Made by a program: the position numbers and the translations under genes. Positions 1-14,186 of a stretch of 64,000 bases of DNA are shown here, in pieces (position 1 is the stretch's first letter; every line of letters starts with the position of its first letter). This DNA is from Nemertoderma westbladi (Eukaryota > Animalia > Xenacoelomorpha): positions 62,001-126,000 of the forward strand of contig JAUCBJ010004176.1 in assembly GCA_032718475.1 (NCBI GenBank), read 5' to 3'. Under the pieces are notes generated by a model. The model had not been told where the DNA came from. It made no database searches and was given only the letters and a program-made list of their open reading frames with translations.

Positions 1-390
1 GATACATAGTAATAACGTGACATTCTGGAAGACACTGACTAACGGACAAATGGCATGCATGTGTGCAGTAAGCAATGATTGTATGGAATTTGTGCGTTTA
101 TAGGTGAATGTTACTACTAAAGTGTGTTTACAGTAGCTAATCGCAATTGTAAAATAGCCCTAACTCTACCGAGATAACCTCAAGTGGATTCAAGCCTTTG
201 GGACGGACAGTGGTGGGACTTGTGCCGGTTATCGTTGTCGTGCTGTTGCTACATGTTGGCGTAAACACTGCGACAGCGGTACATCGGCGCTGAGAAACCC
301 ACTGTCCGGGGGCAAAAGCCTAGTAGGCAGCGACGCCCGCTTGCCTAAAATATTAACTTATATTGATATTAATAAACTCAGATAGCAGAT

Positions 391-1839
391 ATGACGGAAT
401 TGATAGAAGATGACCTTGGTATTAGAGAGTGATATACTCTACCTTTACAAGCGTTTGTGGATAGCTTGATACGCGGTGAAGCCGATCCGACTATTACGGA
501 GGACGATGGTCGTTATATCGAACCGCCGATGTCCCAAGAGCAACTTACGCGTGAATTGGACTATTGAAAATTAACCGCTCGCTATACGCATCGTAATGGT
601 ACGTATATGGACTTCTTAACTACCGGCCATCCTATCGATTTACATGATACGGACGATGTAGACACCGAAAGGGAAATGGTTCTATTTAAATATCATACCC
701 AGCGGCGTCGTAACGATAAACCGAGAATAGATCACGAAAATTCTATTCGTAACAGACTGGGAAGACGAACCAATATGTCTAGAATCTGAGGAGATTCAGC
801 CTATCGCGCTCGGAACAGCGACAACGATTACATCCTAGAATGGTATCAAAGTCCACAGTGTCTCACTGCGTACGATTATCGCCATGCCAACTATGTTTCT
901 CGGCAACGTTGTCGGTTATGCGCATCGAGAGACCATGTTACGCCCATGGACACAAACGTCCGCTGTTCCTATTTCCACGAACAACCGGCGATGGAAATTT
1001 ATTGCGCGTATTGCAGATTTAATAATTTGCACATTTTTGCGGTTTGCCCTCAATTTATGACTCAATGTCACCATTGTCAACTAAAGGGACGCGCCAGTTT
1101 CGATTGCCCTTTTAGTAACGATTTGGAAAGCGTAGATGAAATGATCACACTACGTTACATCAGAGCTTGGGAAGCGAGCGCTGATTTACATTGTGATTCA
1201 CGCCATCGCTATTACCCTGGACGCGCTTACGAAGGAGTTTATGCGTTCCATCCTTATTTGTTTGCCTCCGTCGAGCAGAAATCACGCCTATCAAGTTATG
1301 AACTACTGAAGCGCGTTGGAGAATGTATTTCAACCAAATATGTACGCAAATTTCTCAGGAGCATTAATCCGAGTGACATCAATTCTTACAACTTAATAAA
1401 CTTTATCCGTCAAGATCCGGCCTATGGAGACTTATTTGTCAACTCACACCCCGAGTTACAGGAAGTATATCGACGGCCTTACGAGTACCGAGCCCGCGAA
1501 CGCGAGTTGGAAAGAACCATTAAACCAAGGAAGTTTCTAACTGCCTATGGTCCACCCACGGCCCTCGTTCAGACCACTCGTAAAGGACCCGTAAGAGCGG
1601 CTGTCTTGAAACGAGCTCTCAAAGCCGTTAGACCCCTCTCCCCCGACGTTGATGTCAATCAACTCGGCACTTCGACTGGCGGATACACCGACCATAATCC
1701 TATACCCTCTGATGCAATCATATTGCACCCTTCACCCAGGAGTTATAGCCCTCCTTGTAAAGTGGCTCGCCCCAAAGAGAAAAAGAGTCTGGCTAGCTTT
1801 AAAAAACTGCGTAAACGCCGTCCGCGCATGAAAGACTAA
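391..1839 (+). pseudogene. Interrupted zinc-knuckle protein reading frame (gag/nucleic-acid-binding-like), probably from a mobile or viral element
   Basis: One frame runs from ATG 391 to TAA 1839, covering ORFs 607-789 and 946-1839, with in-frame TGA at 430, 565 and 787 and no frameshift. It has three CCHC-like knuckles (CRLCASRDH, CAYCRFNNLHIFAVC, CHHCQLKGRASFDC) and a basic C-terminus. Confidence 0.55.
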
Positions 1840-2399
1840 CTGTTTAGAGTATTTTCGTATTTGAGAAACTGTGATTTTGTATATTTTATAGACTTAAATC
1901 CCATTTTCTGGGAGCGGTGTAAAAGCTTTTGTGGGATAACTGATACGTTTGCCTTTGCTGGCCAGTTCCCCCCAGTCGCTAGAATACTCTCAAAGGGATT
2001 TATAACTAAAATAGTGCAAGCTACCAGCTTATTGGCTGATGTGCTGTACGGAGATATCTGGGCTCAGTTTAATCGGCCAACTAGCTTAGAGAGGTTGCCT
2101 TAGCCTTGCTGTTCGTGTCAGCCAATAGAATTTGCGTAGGCGTTGATTTCGACCTATCCCAGCGCTACTGAACTGAATTTCCTATCTCACTGCTCATCCT
2201 CTGTGTTGAACGGGGCTTCGTGGAATAAGAGTTTTTGGTATACTCGTATAGTAGTAGTAGTCACATGTTTCTGTTGTTGTGTTCCCATTTTTCGCCATAA
2301 CACCGGCTTTTGGAACAACTCTAGTAAAACTGCTTAGATTATAGAAAGTATAACTGTTACCGGCGGTGTTACCTCACTTAATTTAACTGCACTAATCAT

Positions 2400-3405
2400 A
2401 TTGTTTGTACTGCTATTTACCGTCAGTTATTAATTGTATCTATTTGTTGATGGAAATATTGCTCTTTGGAGAATACGGATAAATCACCCAAAATTCCCAA
2501 TTTTCTTGATACACTACAGGTTAGAGAGGCGGGCTATATATAACAATTGCGATTTATATCAATGTGGTGTGTATTGAATCTAATGTTATTTAGTAGACAC
2601 TACCTGAGTCAATTGCTGTTCTCTTTATGTGTGATCAAATATACTGACGGTCGGCAGAATAGTGTGCATGATTGTGAGTGTGATGTGACTGGTAACAAAG
2701 CATTTCCTAAAGAATGCGACTTATACTTTAATCATAAGCCTTATCGTTGCGTTTAGTATAAGTCCTAGCTCTGTTTAAATAGATAGAGCGCCACGTCCTA
2801 AAGGAACTGTTAATATTTCCCGAAAGTTAATAATATCTGTCAGAAATTACATATTAGCGATCAATCGAATAATACAGTAGGCTTACACTGCAACCTTACA
2901 CTGCAATAATAAAATCTAAGCATCCGAATTCAGCCTCCCGGGTGTAGATCCATCGGGTGAATGATCGCGCATGGGCTGGCTTCGGCTAATGTTTTGTTTA
3001 TTAGCATAAAATATTGTCGTATGCTAAAGGTGTGTTAATTAACTAAAAGACATATAAATTTTGGCAGGTTAAACTGCTAAAGGTCTTCAAAAGCGCGAAC
3101 ACATTACATTCATTATTGGTGTACTGTGCATTATTCATATATATATATTTGATTTGCCATGTACGAATATAAATAAATAAATAAATAAAGAGAATAACAA
3201 CCGACATTTGTAGGGCCTATTAAGTAGCATTGAACTCACTACAAACCACGATAATGTATGTCGCAAATTGTTATATGTAACCGGTCTCTCTAACCTTAGT
3301 GTATCAAGAAGATTGGGTTTTCGGATCGTTATCAATATTCTTCCCAATAATAATATGTAAACGAACGATACAATTAACAACACAGTAAATAGCAGTAAAT
3401 AATGC
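2400..3405. repeat. Diverged inverted repeat pair (about 2400-2630 and 3185-3405)
   Basis: TTCTTGATACACTACAGGTTAGAGAG (about 2503) matches the reverse complement of CTCTCTAACCTTAGTGTATCAAGAA (about 3286). Flanking blocks (TACTGCTATTTAC, TTAATTGTATC, ATATAACAATT) are collinear. Confidence 0.7.
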
Positions 3406-3939
3406 GGCGAAAAGCAGTTTACGTCAGGGTGCTTAATCAGATGCCGAGACCGAGACCGAGATAACAGTTTGATGATCTTATAATTAAAGACGCTCTAATG
3501 TCAGAAAACATTCCCCGGCCGGTGTTCTAGGCGTGGGGAAACGTCAGTACTGAATCCTGTAATTCTGCTGTACAGCTTTTACACAAAGAGGGAATCTCTG
3601 ATTGGTCGAATGTCAAAAAGCTCCACGTGGACACAGCTGATAGATGTCGTCATTTTGAGCTGAGCAGAACAAAGAACCAAGGCAAGGCTCCGGGCAAGCT
3701 ACACGTGTAAAGCTCAGCCGTTAGCTGTCGTCATAGTAACGACACTGTTTCAAGAGGATCTAGGGCGTTGCGTCATAGAATTGCTAATCATGTCCTCCAA
3801 AGTACACATACAGAAGAAATAACTTTTATGTCCCTTAAAAACACCGGTACAGCAATGACACGGCCTTTTATACCTGCTAAACCAACTACAGAGTACTTTA
3901 CGGGGAAAATAACCGGGCAATTCCGCAAAAGCTTTTACA

Positions 3940-4077
3940 CACTAACAGTTAGCATTAGTACGGTGTAAGGATTAGTCGGGTAGCACTAACAGTTAGCATT
4001 AGTACGGTGTAAGGAGTAGTCGGGTAGCACTAACAGTTAGCATTAGTACAGTGTGGGGAGTAGTCGAGTAGCACTAA
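3940..4077. repeat. 44-bp tandem repeat, about 3 copies
   Basis: The unit CACTAACAGTTAGCATTAGTAC... starts at 3940, 3984 and 4028. Confidence 0.9.
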
Positions 4078-4943
4078 GTGTAGCCTTGAGTGTGCCTTTT
4101 GCAATGTAATTAGCAGTACAATTAGCGGACCTGCTCATTCCCCCTAGTGGTCGACAGAGGAACTATATAAGTTTAGTATGTGTCTGTGTATAGAATTTCT
4201 AAACATTTGATAGATTACATGTATAGGCCTACCATGTTTGGTTCCATTTCATCAAGATTAAAAGATTGACTGACTTATTAATCTTGAAACATTTCCTACG
4301 ACGACGACGACAGACGGTCAACTATTCTTCACCTAGATTTCGTCGGCCGACCTACATAAATATTTTCAAATAGAATAATAATATAATTGATATAAAACCT
4401 AACGGAAGAGTCTTTCCCATTCATTTTCTTTAGCGAAATTTAGTTAAATATTCTGTCTGGATGGTTGATTTGTAAACGAGTTGGCATTTATGCCAACAAC
4501 AGTAATAAAATAATATTTTTTTTCAAGTGTTAGTTAAGGGGTTATTTAATTGAGTTATTTAAGTGTTATTTTTTCGCTCGAATATACCCCAAAATTGTGA
4601 GAAAAAGTTTCTCTTTTTTCCCTAGGGAAAAAAAGAAACGTATGGGATTGCTTTTATTTACCTTTTTCCCGGCGAAAAAAGTAAAATAAAATATTTTTTG
4701 TGGAATTTCTTAAATTTCATAACATGTGTTGACGTAGAAAAGTCATCGACGTAGAAAAGGTTTGGACGTAATTTGAGCAAAATCCATTCAAACACTCAAA
4801 AGTTATTGTAACTTTAGTGTCTGCGCGGTGTACTCCAAAACGGGGACTCAATAAATGCATTAGGCCTTACTACATACATTATTACTATACTGATATTCTA
4901 TAGGGACGGGGGGGGGGGGGGGGGGGGGCAGATTCACCCAGGA

Positions 4944-6030
4944 CACCGGTGCAAAAATTGGGACTGTCTGAAACCCGGACCGGTCCCGGTCTCGGCCCAC
5001 TGAACCTAAAACCCGGTCGGTCCAATTTATGCCCGGTCCATACGAAAATTCCTAAAACCCGGTCCGAATAATTCCTAAAACCCGGTCCATAAACTCGCGG
5101 TCCCAAAAATGAAATGACTAAAACCCGTCGGTCTTAAACTTAAAATGTCTAAAACCGGGTCCCAAAATCCAGGTGCAATTTGTTTTCTTTATTTTACCGT
5201 AGGTCTACAGTTTAGTTTATAGATATACATGTTAATTAAATTCGATCCTAGGCGTACTTATACAGTATCGCGGCTGGGAAATTAGAACCGGGATCTTCCG
5301 GCGAATTTAGATCCAAAGCACACATACAGTAGATCCTAGACGAACTTATGGCAAACTTAGATACCACGCGAACTTAGATCCTGCAGTAGGTGAACTTCTA
5401 GTAAATTTAGACGTTGGCGAACATAGATCCTGGATGAACTTAGCTTAGATCCTAAATCCATGGCGAACTAGACCTGCTGAAAGTCGATCTGGGAAGAAAT
5501 TTGATCATCGACAAACTTAGAGGCAGGAGAGCGAGAGAGTGGTTGAACTGATTAGCTCTACTGATGAGACGCCTTTTTCCATTTCTGAACAAAAATTATA
5601 TTAAACATTAATTATTCGGTAGCATAATATCTTCATAATACAGTATCTCTCCTTGCCTCCCGGACTGTGAACATACAGTAACATCACTTAAAATCTATTA
5701 TGTATTAGGCCCTATATTCTTTAGCAGATAGACCTAAGACCTAATTCTATATATTTTCATTCAAAATACAACATATTATAAGGTAACATTAATGCAATTA
5801 GTGAAAAGACCTACTACTGTATTTTATAGATTAGGTGTAGAAACAATAATAATAAAAGAAACAAGAAGAATATTTGTTTATTTTTTTGATCAACTTTGTG
5901 CCAAATACTTTTTACTAAAGTATTAGGAAATTTGAGGGATTCTATCACTTGATATATCACTTTCTGCTTTTTGAGACAGGCAGACAGGGGGGCATGACCT
6001 ACTACTGTTATAGTAGGTCATGGGGGGTGG

Positions 6031-6061
<31 letters not shown>

Positions 6062-7616
6062 GCTCAAGCAAATTCCATCTGGGTGAGTACAAAACAAAAA
6101 CCAAAAGACTCAAGACCTGTAAAGTCGCGTTACGTCCCAAAGAGCGTTAGGTCCCATTGCCATTTAAAGGAGCAGGTTAGTAAAGGAGCAGGTTAAGTAA
6201 AGGAGCGGGTTACAGAGGCGTGTTGGGGGAACCAAACAATAAACGAATGTTACCACGAATGTTAACACATGCTGACATGTGTTTGTATATTCCATCTCGA
6301 CGAATTAATATCTCGCCTCAAAGTTAAATTATCAATGAAGGGAAACTTATAATGACACCGTACAGTATTCAAACTAACCCACTAACTTAATCTGTAAAGC
6401 GCTGCATGTAGCTTTGCTTTGCTTGGGCGGGGGTCAAAAAGCTGCTACTGATATTAATAATGGAGATGACATTACAAACTTATGTAAATGGATACAATAT
6501 AATAATGCCAGCTTGATAGATAACTACAGTATAGGGGGCCCTACAAGGAAAATAAAGTTATCCTTGAAACGCCGGCATGAATAAGATGATGATTAATGTT
6601 TGCGCCTCTATTAATATTTTCGTTATGATTTAAATATTTGAGACCCTCAATATCTGCGCGCAGCAATGTTTATTTCCCTCACTGAATATATTTGTGCACT
6701 GCATTGCGGCGCACACACCCCCCCTTCCCTCCCTTTACAATGAATATATATCTATAGGAAATATGCATATTATACATAACATATTAAATCTAAGTTCATT
6801 TAACCATCTGAATGGTACACATCAAATGCTGCGTACTGCTGCGTTTACTCTACTGTATTGTACTGTACTGTTTTGAATGATTAGGGCTACCATATAAATA
6901 ATAGAGCATTAAACATCATAAAAAGGGTGAGTACGAAACAAAGACCAAAGACCCCATTAAGTAACCTGCATAATCTTGTAACATGCGTTAACTTTCGTTT
7001 ATTGTTTTCGTTGCACCCAACACGCCTCTGTAACCGGCTCCTTTACTAAACTGCAACTTTAAATGGCAATGGGACTTAACGCACTTTGGGACCTGTACAA
7101 AACAAAGAGGTAAAAGTCGCGTTAGGTCCCAAAGAGCGTTAGGTCCCATTGCCATTTAAAGGAGCAGGTTACAGTACAGTGGCGTTTTAGGGGAACCAAA
7201 ACAATAAACGAAAAGGTAACATATTTGTTTTGTACAGGTTTTTAGTTTTTAGTTTTTGGGCTTTGGTTTTTGTTTTGTACTCACCCTCGTAAAAACATTA
7301 TAACATAAAATATCATGAAAATGTAAGAAAAAATTGGACCGTGATTTTGGGACCGGGTTTTAGTCATTTTAACTTTAAGACCGAGACCGCGGGTTTTAGT
7401 CATTAAATTTTATGGACCGCGAGTTTATGGACCGGGTTTTAGGAATTATTAGGACCGGGTTTTAGGAATTTTCACGTGGACCTGGCAAAAATTGGACCGA
7501 CCGGGTTTTAGGTTCAGTGGACCGAGACCGGGACCGGGCCGGGTTTTAGACAGTCCCCAAAAATTTCCAACTTCAGCCAGCCATACAGCCGGGCCGGACT
7601 AAAATAAACACCGGTG
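4944..7616. mobile_element. Non-autonomous TIR element with about 230-bp inverted arms and nested insertions
   Basis: 4953-5180 is the reverse complement of about 7333-7566 (AAAACCCGGTCC subrepeats). CACCGGTG lies at both outer ends; no TSD found. Confidence 0.7.
6925..7286. mobile_element. MITE, Mutator-like (9-bp TSD)
   Basis: TIR GGGTGAGTAC(G/A)AAACAAA at both ends, flanked by TCATAAAAA / TCGTAAAAA. A related left end is at 6081. Confidence 0.7.
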
Positions 7617-7664
7617 CTACAGCTACCGGTACTTTCAGTCTTTAGTTTGTAGTATATTACAGTT

Positions 7665-7886
7665 ATGGTTATGGACAGTGGTAGGCCTATGGAAATATGC
7701 AGCAGGAGGAGACCTCTAGTCAGGACCAGAAGGCAATCTGAGAAGGAAATATCAAGTAGGCCTACTTCGTCTGTACATAGGCCTACCAGTAAACCATCTC
7801 GTAAAGGTGGTGTTTCTGCAGTGCAGTCTGCCACAATTGATGATCAACATTTGAATCACATTAGCTCAGTTGTTGTTTGTGATGAG
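7665..7886 (+). CDS. LATS: LATS/Warts putative coding exon 1
   Basis: The ATG-initiated ORF ends at a GAG|GTTAGT donor in phase 0 and joins in frame to 8257-8356 and all later exons. No homology support. Confidence 0.5.
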
Positions 7887-8256
7887 GTTAGTTAATTTGC
7901 AATTGCGTACCGGTAGCGTTGCGGTAGACCGGTACCTATCACTTCAGGGTTCAGCATTCAGCACTTTAACTTCAAACTTTACGTTAGTTCAGCACTTTTA
8001 CTGTTTTAGGCGAACTAACTAAAACTAGGCCTATGATAATGAACTACGTAATAAGTAGAAATTACGGGTACCGGTAGGCCTACCGGTATCACAGGGGGTC
8101 ACGGTCTTCAACTTCAACCCCCATGCCACCCCTACCCCAGTCCTCAGTCAGTCCAGTCAGTCCCCACCCCTTGTGCCTTGTTTTGATTTACTTGTTTATA
8201 ATAACTTTTAAAGTCAATTTTAATTAATTAACTCCGCTCCACCTATATTCTTTCAG

Positions 8257-8356
8257 GATTGCGCTTCTCGTGTCAATAATGTCGACTATGCAAATCTCTT
8301 TGTCGTTCCAGATTATTCTAATAGGGGGCCTACAGAAATTCCTTCAAACGGTAAAG
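8257..8356 (+). CDS. LATS: LATS/Warts putative coding exon 2
   Basis: TTCTTTCAG acceptor, open frame DCASRVNNVDYANLFVVPDYSNRGPTEIPSNGK, and AAG|GTACGT donor in phase 1, matching the phase of the 20268 exon. Confidence 0.5.
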
Positions 8357-8923
8357 GTACGTGTACAAGTGAGGAATATTAGGTATTGCTGTATTGGTAA
8401 TGATGTATTGGTGGGAAATTTATAATGGGAATGGGGTGGTGCAATTAATTTATGTTCCATTAATATGCCCTATTCAAAATTAGTATTTAATGCTTTGTTT
8501 ACGATATTAGGTTTTGTATAGTCTAGTAGTCGGGTATCAGTATAATATTTGCATTTTTAATGCCATTCCTATTCCGTTTTGACCGTTATTCCGTTTTACC
8601 TTCGTAAGTCGGAATCAAATTAACTCGTTTGCATAGCCTAATTAAAATACATTTTCTCACCACCCCAAAATGTTAACACCTGAACAATGAATTGCTGGTG
8701 GCTGGCCCTGGTCCAACCATGGAGAAGTGGTTAAAGGGGTCGTGGTTTCGATCCCTGTATGGGGATCAGGGTAGTTTCGTGACGTTTCGGATGCTTTAAA
8801 GGGATTAGCCAGAGCGCAAATAACATATATCTTAACGTCGCAAACTTTCAACCGGTGTTTTCATCATCCTTCGCAGCTTTGACAAGAAGTTCGGGAATTT
8901 TTATTTATGTTCATATTATGTTG

Positions 8924-11900
8924 ATGTCTAATGTACATTGCAGTCCACGTTTAATGTACCAATACAGTCCGAGTCCATGTCTAATGTACACTACAGACCA
9001 CGTCTAATGTACACTACAGTCCATGTCTAATGTACTGTACACTGCAGTGCATGTCTAATGTACACTACAGTCCACGTCTAATGTACAAATACAGTCCATG
9101 TCTGTCTACTGTACACTAAAGTCCATGTCTAATGTACACTGCAGTCCATGTCTAATGTACACTACAGTCCATGTCTAATGTACACTACAGTCCATGTCTA
9201 ATGTACACTACAGTCCACGTCTAATGTACAAATACAGTCCATGTCTGTCTAATGTACACTACAGTCCATGTCTAATGTACACTACAGTCAATGTCTAATG
9301 TACACTACAGACCACGTCTAATGTTCACTGCAGTCCATGTCTAATGTACACTACAGTCCATGTCTAATGTACACTACAGTCCATGTCTAATGTACACTAC
9401 AGTCCATGTCTAATGTACTCTGCAGTCCATGTCTAATGTACACTGCAGTCCATGTCTAATGTACACTGCAGTCCATGTCTAATATACACTGCAGTCCATG
9501 TCTAATGTATACTGCAGTCCATGTCCAATGTACACTACAGACCACGTCTAATGTACACTACAGACCACGTCTAATGTACACTGCAGTCCATGTCTAATGT
9601 ACACTACAGTCCATGTCTAATGTACACTACAGTCCATGTCTAATGTACACTACAGTCCATGTCTAATGTACTCTACAGTCCATGTCTAATGTACACTACA
9701 GTCCATGTCTAATGTACACTACAGTCCACGTCTAATGTACCAATACAGTCCGAGTCCATGTCTAATGTACACTGCAGTCCATGTCCAATGTACACTACAG
9801 ACCACGTCTAATGTACACTACAGACCACGTCTAATGTACACTGCAGTCCATGTCTAATGTACACTACAGTCCATGTCTAATGTACACTACAGTCCATGTC
9901 TAATGTACACTGCAGTCCATGTCTAATGTACTCTACAGTCCATGTCTAATGTACACTACAGTCCATGTCTAATGTACACTACAGTCCACGTCTAATGTAC
10001 AAATACAGTCCATGTCTGTCTAATGTACACTACAGTCCATGTCTAATGTACACTACAGTCAATGTCTAATGTACACTACATTCCATGTCTAATGTACACT
10101 AAAGTCCATGTATAATGTACGTACACTGCAGTCCATGTCCAATGTACACTACAGACCACGTCTAATGTACACTACAGTCCACGTCTAATGTACACTACAG
10201 TCCACGTCTAATGTACAAATACAGTCCATGTCTGTCTAATGTACACTACAGTCCATGTCTAATGTACACTACAGACCACGTCTAATGTACACTACAGACC
10301 ACGTCTAATGTACACTGCAGTCCATGTCTAATGTACACTACAGTCCATGTCTAATGTACACTAAAGTCCATGTCTAATGTACTCTACAGTCCATGTCTAA
10401 TGTACACTACAGTCCATGTCTAATGTACACTACAGTCCACGTCTAATGTACAAATACAGTCCATGTCTGTCTAATGTACACTACAGTCCATGTCTAATGT
10501 ACACTACAGTCAATGTCTAATGTACACTACATTCCATGTCTAATGTACACTAAAGTCCATGTATAATGTACGTACACTGCAGTCCATGTCCAATGTACAC
10601 TACAGACCACGTCTAATGTACACTACAGTCCACGTCTAATGTACACTACAGTCCACGTCTAATGTACAAATACAGTCCATGTCTGTCTAATGTACACTAC
10701 AGTCCATGTCTAATGTACACTACAGACCACGTCTAATGTACACTACAGACCACGTCTAATGTACACTACAGTCCACGTCTAATGTACAAATACAGTCCAT
10801 GTCTGTCTAATGTACACTACAGTCCATGTCTAATGTACACTACAGTCAATGTCTAATGTACACTACAGTCCACGTCTAATGTACACTAAATTCCATATAT
10901 AATGAACACTGCAGTCCATGTCTAATGTACACTACAGTCCATGTCTAATGTACACTAAAGTCCATGTCTAATGTACACTGCAGTCCATGTCTAATGTACA
11001 CTACAGTCCACGTCTAATGTACACTAAAGTCTATGTCTAATGTACACTGCAGTCCATTTCTAATGTACACTACAGTACATGTCTAATGTACACAACAGTC
11101 CACGTCTAATGTACACTAAAGTCCATGTCTAATGTACACTGCAGGCCATGTCTAATGTACACTCCAGTCCATGTCTAATGTACATTACAGTCCATGTCTA
11201 ATGTACACTACAGTCCATGTCTAATGTACACTACAGTCCACGTCTAATGTACACTAAAGTCCATGTCTGTCTAATGTACACTACACTCCATGACTAATGT
11301 ACACTACATTCCATGTCTAATGTACACTACAGTCCATGTCTAATGTACACTACAGTCCACGTCTAATGTACACTAAAGTCCATGTCTGTCTAATGTACAC
11401 TACAGTCCATGCCTAATGTACACTACATTCCATGTCTAATGTACACTACAGTCCATGTCTAATGTACACTACATTCCATGTCTAATGTACACTAAAGTCC
11501 ATGTATAATGTACGTACACTGCAGTCCATGTCTAATGTACACTACAGTCCATGTCTAATGTACACTGCAGTCCATGTCTAATGTACACTGCAGTCCATGT
11601 CTAATGTACACTACAGTCCACGTCTAATGTACACTAAAGTCCATGTATAATGTACGTACACTGCAGTCCATGTCTAATGTACACTACAGTCCATGTCTAA
11701 TGTACACTGCAGTCCATGTCTAATGTACACTGCAGTCCATGTCTAATGTACACTACAGTCCATGTCTAATGTACACTACATTCCATGTCTAATGTACACT
11801 AAAGTCCATGTATAATGTACGTACACTGCAGTCCATGTCTAATGTACACTACAGTCCATGTCTAATGTACACTGCAGTCCATGTCTAATGTACACTGCAG

Positions 11901-14117
11901 TCCATGTCTAATATACACTGCAGTCCATGTCTAATGTATACTACAGTCCACGTCTAATGTACACTAAAGTCCATGTATAATGTACGTACACTGCAGTCCA
12001 TGACTAATGTACACTGCAGTCCACGTATAATGTACTCTACAGTCCATGTCTAATGTACACTGCAGTCCATGTCTAATGTACACTACAGTCCATGTCTAAT
12101 GTACACTAAAGTCCATGTCTAATGTACACTGCAGTCCATGTCTAATGTACACTACAGTCCATGTCTAATGTACACTAAAGTCCATGTCTAATGTACACTG
12201 CAGTCCATGTCTAATGTACACTACAGTCCATGTCTAATGTACACTAAAGTCCATGTCTAATGTACACTGCAGTCCATGTCTAATGTACACTGCAGTCCAT
12301 GTCTAATGTACACTGCAGTCCATGTCTAATATACACTGCAGTCCATGTCTAATGTATACTACAGTCCACGTCTAATGTACACTAAAGTCCATGTATAATG
12401 TACGTACACTGCAGTCCATGACTAATGTACACTGCAGTCCACGTATAATGTACTCTACAGTCCATGTCTAATGTACACTGCAGTCCATGTCTAATGTACA
12501 CTACAGTCCACGTCTAATGTACACTAAAGTCCATGTATAATGTACGTACACTGCAGTCCATGTCTAATGTACACTGCAGTCGATGTCTAATGTACACTGC
12601 AGTCCATGTCTAATATACACTGCAGTCCATGTCTAATGTATACTACAGTCCACGTCTAATGTACACTAAAGTCCATGTATAATGTACGTACACTGCAGTC
12701 CATGACTAATGTACACTGCAGTCCACGTATAATGTACTCTACAGTCCATGTCTAATGTACACTGCAGTCCATGTCTAATGTACACTGCAGTCCATGTCTA
12801 ATGTACTCTGCAGTCCATGTCTAATGTACACTGCAGTCCATGTCTAATGTACACTGCAGTCCATGTCTAATATACACTGCAGTCCATGTCTAATGTATAC
12901 TGCAGTCCATGTCTAATGTATACTACAGTCCACGTCTAATGTACACTAAAGTCCATGTATAATGTACGTACACTGCAGTCCATGACTAATGTACACTGCA
13001 GTCCACGTATAATGTACTCTACAGTACATGTCTAATGTACACTACAGTCCATGTCTAATGTACTCTACAGTCCATGTCTAATGTACACTACAGTCCATGT
13101 CTAATGTACACTGCAGTCCATGTCTAATGTACACTACAGTCCATGTCTAATGTACACTACAGTCCACGTCTAATGTACACTACAGTCCATGTCTAATGTA
13201 CACTACATTCCATGTCTAATGTACTCTACAGTACATGTCTAATGTACACTACAGTCCATGTCTAATGCACACTACAGTCCATGTCTAATGTACTCTACAG
13301 TCCATGTCTAATGTACACTGCAGTCCACGTCTAATGTACACTACAGTCCATGTCTAATGTACACTACAGACCATGTCTAATGTACACTACAGTCCATGTC
13401 TAATGTACACTGCAGTCCATGTCTAATGTACACTACATTCCATGTCTAATGTACACTACAGTCCATGTCTAATGTACACTACAGTCCACGTCTAATGTAC
13501 ACTACAGTCCATGTCTAATGTACACTACAGTCCATGTCTAATGTACACTGCAGTCCATGTCTAATGTACACTACAGTCCATGTCTAATGTACACTACAGT
13601 CCACGTCTAATGTACACTACAGTCCATGTCTAATGTACACTACAGTCCATGTCTAATGTACACTGCAGTCCATGTCTAATGTACACTACAGTCCATGTCT
13701 AATGTACACTACAGTCCATGTCTAATGTACACTACAGTCCATGTCTAATGTACACTGCAGTCCATGTCTAATGTACACTACAGTCCATGTCTAATGTACA
13801 CTACAGTCCATGTCTAATGTACACTGCAGTCCATGTCTAATGTACACTACAGTCCATGTCTAATGTACACTACAGTCCACGTCTAATGTACACTACAGTC
13901 CATGTCTAATGTACACTACAGTCCATGTCTAATGTACACTGCAGTCCATGTCTAATGTACACTACAGTCCATGTCTAATGTACACTACAGTCCACGTCTA
14001 ATGTACACTAAAGTCCATGTCTAATGTACACTACAGTCCACGTCTAATGTACACTAAAGTCCATGTCTAATGTACACTAAAGTCCATGTCTAATGTACAC
14101 TACAGTCCACGTCTAAT
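8924..14117. repeat. Satellite array, 23-bp unit, about 225 copies
   Basis: Unit CAGTCCATGTCTAATGTACACTA with recurring variants (CTGCAG, CTAAAG, CACG, 4-bp insertions). Confidence 0.98.
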
Positions 14118-14186
14118 AAATGACAAATAAATGAGATTATAAATAAATATACCGGGTAAATTATAGATAGAAAAAATAATGAATGA

